Positions 38,082-46,148 of a DNA stretch of 64,000 nt are shown here, piece by piece. The notes beneath the pieces are model-generated. The model did not search any database, was not told the origin of the DNA, and was given only the letters and a program-made list of their open reading frames with translations. The DNA is from a virus: positions 1-64,000 of IMG/VR virus record IMGVR_UViG_3300036791_000399. The stretch is one strand, 5' to 3'. How positions within the stretch are numbered: position 1 is the stretch's first letter; the number at the start of each line of letters is the position of its first letter. The translations under genes and the position numbers were made by a program.

Positions 38082-38082
38082 T

Positions 38083-38310
38083 ATGGCTCCCCTATCGGGC
38101 TTAACGGGCGATCTGCAGACCGTCGTGACTGCTTTGCAGCAGTTGACGGTCAAGGTCGGCGATCTCATCAAGCAAATTTCGCTCTCGGCGCCGCCGGCAA
38201 ATATCGCCGGTCTCGTGAATGCGGCGAACGATAGCGCCGCAGCCACCGCAGGCGTGCCGGTCGCGGGCATGTACCGGAATGGCAGCGTACTCATGGTTAG
38301 AGTGACGTGA
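38083..38310 (+). CDS. Small tail-associated protein
   Basis: AANDSAAATAGVPVAGMYRNG motif. Confidence 0.65.
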   Translation: MAPLSGLTGDLQTVVTALQQLTVKVGDLIKQISLSAPPANIAGLVNAANDSAAATAGVPVAGMYRNGSVLMVRVT

Positions 38311-39041
38311 TGCCCGGTTTCAATCCAATCCCCTCCAGCATTCAGATCTCGCGGATGTTGCGCCGGCCGCCGGCTGTCGGGGGCATCGGGTTCCACTCCG
38401 GCATTAAGCAGGCGCCGTTCCCCTTAAAGCGGGCTTTAGGTGGGTCCATCCCCGACAATCCGATGACGCCGGTCATCGGCGCCATCAACACGGCGACCCC
38501 AGGGCGCGCCGACGCGCACCCGACGCACGTCCCGCCTGGAAGCTACGTCATGCCTGCCGACCTCGTCTCGATGATCGGCGAAGGCAACACCGCGGCAGGG
38601 CAGGCGATGCTCGCCAAGATGTTTCTGCCGATACAGGCTCAGTCGACGAATCCGATTGCGCAGATGCGGGGCGGCCCGCCTGGAGGCGGGGGTGCGCCTT
38701 TCGGAGCCGAGATGCCGGGATTGCGATCGAAGCCGATGGGTCCGCCACGGCCGATCGAACCGACAATCGTCGGCGAACCCAAATATCCGATCTACGCTGG
38801 GCCCGGTAAGCAGGGCCCTAACTTCGTCCAGGCGCATGGCGGCGTCGTGCAAGGCTCTCCGGACCAACCGGGCACTCCGATCAACATTAGCGGCGGCGAG
38901 TTTGTGATCCCTCCGCAGGAGGTCAAGCGTCGGGGGCGGGGGGACATCAACCGGGGGCACGAGATCCTCGACGCCTGGATGAAAGACCTCCGCCAGGAGC
39001 ACATTAAGACGCTGAAGAAGCTCCCAGGGCCAGCGACGTGA
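38307..39041 (+). CDS. Protein with duplicated AxGG...G[SE][YF]V domain
   Basis: RALGG..PGRAD..GSYVMPADLVS and QAHGG..ISGGEFVIPP. Confidence 0.75.
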   Translation: MMPGFNPIPSSIQISRMLRRPPAVGGIGFHSGIKQAPFPLKRALGGSIPDNPMTPVIGAINTATPGRADAHPTHVPPGSYVMPADLVSMIGEGNTAAGQAMLAKMFLPIQAQSTNPIAQMRGGPPGGGGAPFGAEMPGLRSKPMGPPRPIEPTIVGEPKYPIYAGPGKQGPNFVQAHGGVVQGSPDQPGTPINISGGEFVIPPQEVKRRGRGDINRGHEILDAWMKDLRQEHIKTLKKLPGPAT

Positions 39042-39589
39042 GCAAGAAGTTCAGCCACAACAATCGGCCGCCGAAACCGCCGACGGATCTCTCCCACATT
39101 CGGCTCGCTGGAGAAGCCGATGAGATGCAGATCTTCAACTTGTGCAGCCTGATGCACGCGGAGGTCGGGCTTCACCCGCTGGACTGGCCGAAGATCGCTG
39201 CCATGATCCGGCTGGCGACCATGCGAACGCGGGGGATCGTCGGCGTCATTGGCGAGCCGCACGATCTCAAGGCGGCGATCTTCATGATGATCGAGCCGGT
39301 CTGGTACAGCAGCGCTTTCGTTCTTTTGGACTACTTCACTTACGTCAGGCCTGACGCTCGCCAGAGCACCTACGCCACCGACCTCATCGCCTATGGCAAG
39401 CAGTGCGCTGACGGCCTCGGCATCGATTTTGTTTGTGGCGTATTTTCAACTGTTCGTACAGAAGCAAAGTGTAAACTCTATCGCCGCGTGATGCCGAAGG
39501 TCGGTGAGTTTTATCGCTATCAGCCGAAACCGGAGACGGCAGAGCTTAGCCATTTGTCACAAACCGCCAACCGCGTAGCCGCAGAGTAG
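39038..39589 (+). CDS. GNAT-family acyltransferase-like protein
   Basis: IRLA, WYS, FTYVRPDARQSTYA..LI; directly before the first ejection protein. Confidence 0.7.
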   Translation: MSKKFSHNNRPPKPPTDLSHIRLAGEADEMQIFNLCSLMHAEVGLHPLDWPKIAAMIRLATMRTRGIVGVIGEPHDLKAAIFMMIEPVWYSSAFVLLDYFTYVRPDARQSTYATDLIAYGKQCADGLGIDFVCGVFSTVRTEAKCKLYRRVMPKVGEFYRYQPKPETAELSHLSQTANRVAAE

Positions 39590-39601
39590 TGGAGACTTGC
39601 G

Positions 39602-42600
39602 ATGGGCTCGGTATGCGGAGGCAGCAGCAACCAAACAACGACCAATTCGAGTTCGCCTCCGCCGCAGACGCAGGCTGACTACCAGGGCTTAATCAATCGC
39701 GCGACCGCGGTCGCGAACACGCCCTACACCCCCTATCCCGGCGAGCAGGTCGCCCCGCTCAGCAATCAGACAAACACCGGCCTCGCCAACCTCAACCAGT
39801 ACGCCTACGCCGCTCAGCCCTATCTGCAGAAAGCGGGCCAGATGACGCAGGGCGCTGCGGCGCCGGTCACTCCGCAGGCCTTCTCCGGCTCGGCGGTCGG
39901 CCAATTTGAGAACCCGTTCACGAGCGACGTGATTCAGGCGACGCAGAACGAGTTCAACAATCAGAACGCTCAGCAGGCGCAATTCCTCAATAGCCAGAAC
40001 ATTGGCGCGGGCGCATTCGGCGGTGATCGGGCGGGCCTGTCGCAGGCGATCTTGGCCGGTCAACAACAGACAGCCCAGGCCCCGGTAATCGCAGGCTTGA
40101 ATCAGGCGAACTACAATCAGGCGCTGGCGGAGTTCAACAATCAGCAGCAGACCGGCCTCGGCGCGCAGGAGTTCAACAATCAGCAACTCGGCCAGATGGC
40201 CAATCAGTACGGCCAGATCGGCCAGGGGATACAGACTGGAGGCCTGCAGGGCGCAACCGGCCAAATCACCGGAGGCATGGTCCCGCAGGGCGAACAGCAA
40301 GCGATCGACACCGCGCTGCAGAACAACTGGAACCTCGGGCAGGCTTACCCGTATCAGTCGACCGGATTCCTCGGCAACATCATCGAGGGGATCGGAAGCC
40401 AGCAGGGTGGGGTCGGGCAGACGACGTCGCCGGGGCCGAGCGGGCTCAGCCAAATCCTGGGCGCCGCCACCGCGGGCACGGGCGCGCTGTCGAACCTGTT
40501 CGGCTCTGCCGCTGGGGGCACGAGCGCGGCGGCCGGGATCGGCACCGCGCTCTCTTCCCTCTTCGGCTTCTCGGACGAGCGCCTGAAAGAGAACATCGTC
40601 CCGGTCGGCAAGACCTTCGACGGTCAGACGATCCATAAGTACAACTTCAAAGGCGACCCCAGGACCCAGATCGGGTTGCTCGCGCAGGAGGTCGAGCGGC
40701 GCCATCCTCATGCCGTCGCCGAGGGCCTGGGCGGCCTGAAGGGCGTCAACTACGACGCGGCGACGAGAGAGTCCGAGCGCGCCGGTTTCGCGGACGGCGG
40801 CGTTTCCCCCGGCTCGATCTTCGACCTCGGCGTCGGCAAGCAGGCGTCTCCGGCCGGCGCGCTGGCGTTGATGGGTGTTCCTGGCGCGAGCGCGGGGACG
40901 GGTCGGTTCGGCGCCGGCTCCCTGTCCATGACGCCAGGGGGCACGCTCTTCGGCCGCGGCGAAGCGCCGGTATCCACCGGAGGCAATGGACCGTCGCCTT
41001 CCAATCCCCTCCAGGGCGGCCCCTGGCAGCATCCCGCTGCGCCGTATACCGCCCCGCAGCCAGGGCCGATGCTAGCGCCTCGGTCCGGAGTGCAAATGCA
41101 AGCGCCAGCGGGGCTGGCCCATGGCGGTCGCGCAGGTTTCGACATTGGCGGTCCGACCGGGCTCGGCAATGTTGACATGACCAACATTCCGAACACGCCG
41201 TTCGTCGATTTCTCGACCCCGTTTGCGATTGCCCAGGGCACCGGGGTTCCAGGCCCCAACGCCGGTATTGCGAATATCGAGTTCTCCTCGGCCAGTGAGG
41301 CGGGAGGCGGGAACAAAGTCTCCGGGCAGACGATCGGCACGTCGAACCTCGCGCCGTCGCAGATCAATCTCTCGGGCGCCCCTCCTGGCACGACCTTCGC
41401 GCCGATCGACTATCAGAACCCAGGCAGCGACTTTCAGACCGCAGGCGCAGAGGCGAGCCTCGGCCCGCATTATTTCACCGTCGGCAAGAATGGTGAATTG
41501 GTCTACGGCGGCGAAGGCACGGGCCCGAGCGGCAGCGTCAATCAGGGGGAGTTGCTCCCTCGTCCCGGCGGGAACCTGCCTACCGACACGCCGAAGACTG
41601 AGAACGCGCCGCCCGTCGCCGCGCCTGCGGCTGGTCCTGCTGCTCCTGCGGCTGGTCCCGCTACGCCCGTTATCCCAGCGGGGGGTCGCTCAACGGGGTA
41701 CAGCGCGAGGGCCATAGCCAACAACCCGTGGCTGGCGAATATGTCTATTCCGGGTGATGCGTTGACTGCTCCCCAGGCCCATGGCGGCCCTGGCGCAGGC
41801 GCGAGCGGCGGTGGGGCGGGCGCGGGCGCGTGGACTGGCGGCAGAATGCCCTTCCAAGGCGGTGGAGGCCTCGATGACCCCCGCTACAGCTTCTATACGC
41901 CGACGACCGGCAACGCGCGCGGGGCGACCTATCATCCGCCAATCCCGACGCCGCCCACTCCGCAACCGATATATACGCCGCGTCATGTCGTGCGTCAGCG
42001 TGCGCCGGTCGCTCCGCCGCCGCCCAGGAACTACCCATTGCCTCCGCCTCGGCCGCAGGATCCGCCGCCGCCGCCCACAGTGGCCGCCGCTCCGATGCCG
42101 CTGCCAAGGCTGGATGATTTTCCGCCTCCGCACCCGGACTTCACCGCCCCCAGGTCGGTCGTCGACCCGATGTCTGGAACGAATGCGGGAATGAACCCGC
42201 CACAGGCTGGCGGGAGCATCTTCCATTCCCTCTTGCCCGCCATGCAGGGTCCGCGTGGCTACACGGCGTCGCCGCCGTCCGACCCCGATCCAGATAGGGC
42301 CCGAGGGATCGATATCGCCAGAGGCCTCCTGGACAACCGTCCAGGCTTTTGGAACTCGGGCGGCGTGATGGGCCAGATGCCGCTCGCGGGCGCCACCGGT
42401 TACACGCCGCAGGGCCAGGGCGTGACTGGCTTTGACAGCCAGGGCGCGGCGATGGGCTCGGGCAGCGTGGCGAAGAAGGCTGCGGGCTTCGACGGTCTGT
42501 TCGGCTCCGGTCTGCGCCAGGGCGGTCGCGTGAGCTTCGCGGACGGCGGTCTGAGCGGGCTCGGGATAGATCCGTCTGGGGTGCCGGTCATCCAACCGAT

Positions 42601-45600
42601 CCCCTTCGATATTCTCAAGGGTGTCCAGCCGTTGCCGGTGGGCAAGGGGCCGCCGCATCCGACCGATCCGAAGCAGCAGCAGTCGTCCAGCGACGCAGCG
42701 AATACCGGCGGGGCGCTCGGCAAGAGCATCAGTTCGCTCGCGAACGCTTTCAAGGGCAGCGGCAGCGGCGACGATGCCCTCGACGCCGCCATTCCGTCAG
42801 ATCTCTCCGGCGTCGACATGAGTGGCGATTTTGCCGCGTTGCCTGACGACACCTTCGACTTTGGCCTTGGCGGGATCGTACGACCGCATTTTGACGATGG
42901 CGGCGGCTCTACCGGTGATGGCGGCGACGGCGATGGCGGCTCTACCGGGTTCGGCGGCGGCGACACCGGATTTGGCGGCGACACCGGATTTGGCGGGATG
43001 GGGATGAGTGTCGGTTATGCTGGTTCTCCGACCGGTCCTGGCATCGGGTCTGACGCCGTGGCGGGGGGAACGGCGGGCGATACTGGCGGCGTCGCAGCAG
43101 GGGCCGGTCCTCACGGCACCGCAGGTGCTGTCGGTTACGGCGGCGGGAGCGTCGGCTATGGCGGGACGCATGGCGGCGGGACGGCAGCGGGCAGCGCAGG
43201 AAGCGCAGGTGCTGGTGCGGCTGGCCCAGGCGGGGCGGGCCCTGGCGGAGGCACGGGCGGCGGCGGACATGGAGTGGGTGCAAGTGCAGGAGCGCCAGGA
43301 AACGTCGTAGCAGGCGATTCGCCTCGCGCAATATCTACGGCACTCGAAAATGCGCTGCATCAACAGGCGCTAGACGCGCTTTACGGGATGCAGCACAGCA
43401 GCCCAATCGGCAACCCGCTTACGGAATTTGGAGTGCAGAGGGCCGGTGGGGTTAGCACAACTGGCGTTCCAGGCCTCAATTCACAGTCAATCGCTGATCT
43501 CTCTGGACAGAATGGTCCAGCTGCACAAGTTGCGGCTCGTCAGGCAAGGGCGGGGGTCGGTGCCCCTAGCCCAGGGCTGAGCCCTGCTGTCATTTCGGCG
43601 ATAAATAACGGAATGCGTACAAACGCATTTAACACTCGTCCGACAGGAGCGGAAAGCGTAAGCACGGCCGGTTTGAGCGCGCCCAGGGCGGCTCCGGCTG
43701 TGAGCACGTCGGTGAGCCCGTCAGTAAGTAAGCCGCCTAGCTTTGAGATTGCGCCGACTTATTCGTTTGCGCCGCGAGGCACGCCTGTTTCCTCGCCCGC
43801 GAATACGCCGACAGCGTTCGCGCCCCGAAACACGCCGACGGTCATCGCTAATCCTGGCGACACCACCCCAGGCCTCGGAGGGCTGACCACAGACCCTGGA
43901 AGCACCCAGCCAGCCGGGGGACGGATACCGGGCCTCGCCGTCGCAGGCGACCAGTATGCGCAGCAGGTGGGGCATGGCGGCCGCTGGGGCGGCGGCAGAA
44001 TTTCCTTCGGCCTCGGAGGAATTGCACGATCTGGTTATGCTGATGGCGGCACGCTTCTCGGTCCAGGTCCGCCCGCGCCTCCGGAGCCCCCGGAGCCTGC
44101 TCCGACCGCTCCTATTGCTCCTGCCGCGCCCCTGGCGGAGGCCGCGCCTGCGCCCGCATCGTCCGCATCGTCCGCATCTCCGTTCGTCAAGCCGACGCGC
44201 GAGCAGGTGCTCGCCTACAATGAGTCGATCGCGGCGAAGCACGGGAATAACCCGGACGTCGTGCGCAAGGTGCTCAGCGGCGAAATGGGGGGGAAGGATC
44301 CCTATCAGGTCGGCGACGCCGGATCGAGTTTCGGCCCCTGGCAACTGCACGAGGGTGGTATCAACCCGGCGATGAACCACCCCGGCATGGGCGACGAGTA
44401 TAAGGCCGCGACCGGGCACGATCCGAACGATCCGCATTACTGGCAGGAACAGAGCGACTTCGCGCAGTCGAAGATGGCGGAGCGGGGCCTGCAGCCCTGG
44501 GCGACGACGGCTGGCAAGCTCGGCCTTGGCCGCTATGCCAACTTGAACGCCGATGCGCCCTCCGGCGGTGCGCAGCCCGTCCAGGCGGAACAGGCGCAGC
44601 AGCAGACGCAGGCAGTGATGGACGACGCCGAGCGGGCTCCGGACAGGCGGATGATCCAGCCGAGCGTTGGCGACGCCTTGATGGCGGCCGGTTTCGCGAT
44701 GATGGCGGGCACCTCGCCGCACGCCATGGTCAACATAGGCCAGGGCGCGCTGGAGGGCATGAAGTACTACCAGAACCAGCGACAACTCGATCGCGAGTGG
44801 ATGAAGAACCAAGCTGAGATCGACAACTATGGCAGCGAGGCGCGCTATCGTGATGCCCAGACCTCTATCGCCACCCAGAACCTGAACATTGAAATGTACA
44901 AGGCCAAGCTCGGCCAGTGGAACGTCCAGTATCAGGGCTGGCTGGCGGCTGGCGGTCATGGCGATCCGCCTCCGATGCCAGCGTTGCCGACGTCGTTCGG
45001 CGGGTCGGCGACCACTAAGTCAGCGGCTGCGGCTGCGCCTGCCCCAGCGCCAGACTCAGCAGCGGCTCCGGCTCCGTCACCCACTGCGGCCACTCCCGCT
45101 CCGACCTCGACTGGCCCTGGCCCGCTTGTAGCCCCTAAGAAGGCCGCTGGAGCCCCTCCAGTTGCCGCGCCTACCGCGACACCCCCGAAGGCGGCAACGC
45201 CAGCCCCTGCGGCTCCTGCGGCTCCTGCTGACACGACTGCGGCTGCTGGTGCGCCATCCGGTGCGCCTGGGCCGACTGATCCGTTCTGGAAGAGCGTCCC
45301 TGCCGATCAGAACCCCTACGAACTGATCCGCTTGGCGAAGCTCTATCGGGCCGGGGCGGGCGTTAACCCCGAGAACGCGAAGACGGCGGACGAGTATGAA
45401 GCCCGCGCCCATTCCATCTGGGACAGCGGCATGGCTGGCGGCGTCCAGATCCCCGGCGTCTCGCAGCAAAAGGCGACGACGAAGTATAATGAGGAGATCG
45501 CGGGCGAGACTGGCAAGGAAGACGCCAAGCTCCCGGCGCAGATGGATAAGCGGGCTGAGATGGACACTCAGCTAAAGGAAATGCAGCACCTCATGCTGAC

Positions 45601-46147
45601 TTTCCAGCCGGAGCATTACGCCGAGCAAAAGGCGGAGATCGCCGCCGCGGTAAATTCGATATTCCCCGGCGCCGTCCCGCAGGGCGCGCTCGACAACGCG
45701 GCAAGCACGCAGCGCTTCCTCAAGGATCAGATGAACGCGGTGATGAACAAGGTTCAGTCGATGGGCGGAAGAGTCCTGGTCAGCGAGATCGAGACGTTCA
45801 AGCGAGCGGTGGCTTCGCCGAACATGCAGCCAGCGGCGGCCGCGGCGATCCTCGCGCAGATGCGCGGCCTGATGAAGTGGCAAGACCAGCACGATAATGA
45901 TTACCTCGATTGGCGCGACCAGAACGCCGCCGCGCCGAAGTCGCGGTTTGAAAGGCAGTGGCTCAAGGATCCGAAGAACAGCCCCGACACCTACATCACG
46001 AACGCGCGGCATAACTTCCCCTACCAGGGGCAGGTGATCCCGCCGAACGCTGAAGGGCGCGAGAAGGGCCAAGCCTACATGACGCCGAAGGGCCCACGAG
46101 TCTGGAACGGAACGGGCTGGGATCCGTTCGCAGCCCCGGCGGACTGA
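39602..46147 (+). CDS. Large ejection (DNA-transfer) polyprotein with internal S74 chaperone and lysozyme-like domains
   Basis: Q/N-rich N-terminus (FENPF, AGAFGGDR); SDERLKENI..GLLAQEVE at about 40571-40760; E..GDAGSSFGPWQL at about 44200-44540. Confidence 0.8.
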   Translation: MGSVCGGSSNQTTTNSSSPPPQTQADYQGLINRATAVANTPYTPYPGEQVAPLSNQTNTGLANLNQYAYAAQPYLQKAGQMTQGAAAPVTPQAFSGSAVGQFENPFTSDVIQATQNEFNNQNAQQAQFLNSQNIGAGAFGGDRAGLSQAILAGQQQTAQAPVIAGLNQANYNQALAEFNNQQQTGLGAQEFNNQQLGQMANQYGQIGQGIQTGGLQGATGQITGGMVPQGEQQAIDTALQNNWNLGQAYPYQSTGFLGNIIEGIGSQQGGVGQTTSPGPSGLSQILGAATAGTGALSNLFGSAAGGTSAAAGIGTALSSLFGFSDERLKENIVPVGKTFDGQTIHKYNFKGDPRTQIGLLAQEVERRHPHAVAEGLGGLKGVNYDAATRESERAGFADGGVSPGSIFDLGVGKQASPAGALALMGVPGASAGTGRFGAGSLSMTPGGTLFGRGEAPVSTGGNGPSPSNPLQGGPWQHPAAPYTAPQPGPMLAPRSGVQMQAPAGLAHGGRAGFDIGGPTGLGNVDMTNIPNTPFVDFSTPFAIAQGTGVPGPNAGIANIEFSSASEAGGGNKVSGQTIGTSNLAPSQINLSGAPPGTTFAPIDYQNPGSDFQTAGAEASLGPHYFTVGKNGELVYGGEGTGPSGSVNQGELLPRPGGNLPTDTPKTENAPPVAAPAAGPAAPAAGPATPVIPAGGRSTGYSARAIANNPWLANMSIPGDALTAPQAHGGPGAGASGGGAGAGAWTGGRMPFQGGGGLDDPRYSFYTPTTGNARGATYHPPIPTPPTPQPIYTPRHVVRQRAPVAPPPPRNYPLPPPRPQDPPPPPTVAAAPMPLPRLDDFPPPHPDFTAPRSVVDPMSGTNAGMNPPQAGGSIFHSLLPAMQGPRGYTASPPSDPDPDRARGIDIARGLLDNRPGFWNSGGVMGQMPLAGATGYTPQGQGVTGFDSQGAAMGSGSVAKKAAGFDGLFGSGLRQGGRVSFADGGLSGLGIDPSGVPVIQPIPFDILKGVQPLPVGKGPPHPTDPKQQQSSSDAANTGGALGKSISSLANAFKGSGSGDDALDAAIPSDLSGVDMSGDFAALPDDTFDFGLGGIVRPHFDDGGGSTGDGGDGDGGSTGFGGGDTGFGGDTGFGGMGMSVGYAGSPTGPGIGSDAVAGGTAGDTGGVAAGAGPHGTAGAVGYGGGSVGYGGTHGGGTAAGSAGSAGAGAAGPGGAGPGGGTGGGGHGVGASAGAPGNVVAGDSPRAISTALENALHQQALDALYGMQHSSPIGNPLTEFGVQRAGGVSTTGVPGLNSQSIADLSGQNGPAAQVAARQARAGVGAPSPGLSPAVISAINNGMRTNAFNTRPTGAESVSTAGLSAPRAAPAVSTSVSPSVSKPPSFEIAPTYSFAPRGTPVSSPANTPTAFAPRNTPTVIANPGDTTPGLGGLTTDPGSTQPAGGRIPGLAVAGDQYAQQVGHGGRWGGGRISFGLGGIARSGYADGGTLLGPGPPAPPEPPEPAPTAPIAPAAPLAEAAPAPASSASSASPFVKPTREQVLAYNESIAAKHGNNPDVVRKVLSGEMGGKDPYQVGDAGSSFGPWQLHEGGINPAMNHPGMGDEYKAATGHDPNDPHYWQEQSDFAQSKMAERGLQPWATTAGKLGLGRYANLNADAPSGGAQPVQAEQAQQQTQAVMDDAERAPDRRMIQPSVGDALMAAGFAMMAGTSPHAMVNIGQGALEGMKYYQNQRQLDREWMKNQAEIDNYGSEARYRDAQTSIATQNLNIEMYKAKLGQWNVQYQGWLAAGGHGDPPPMPALPTSFGGSATTKSAAAAAPAPAPDSAAAPAPSPTAATPAPTSTGPGPLVAPKKAAGAPPVAAPTATPPKAATPAPAAPAAPADTTAAAGAPSGAPGPTDPFWKSVPADQNPYELIRLAKLYRAGAGVNPENAKTADEYEARAHSIWDSGMAGGVQIPGVSQQKATTKYNEEIAGETGKEDAKLPAQMDKRAEMDTQLKEMQHLMLTFQPEHYAEQKAEIAAAVNSIFPGAVPQGALDNAASTQRFLKDQMNAVMNKVQSMGGRVLVSEIETFKRAVASPNMQPAAAAAILAQMRGLMKWQDQHDNDYLDWRDQNAAAPKSRFERQWLKDPKNSPDTYITNARHNFPYQGQVIPPNAEGREKGQAYMTPKGPRVWNGTGWDPFAAPAD

Positions 46148-46148
46148 C

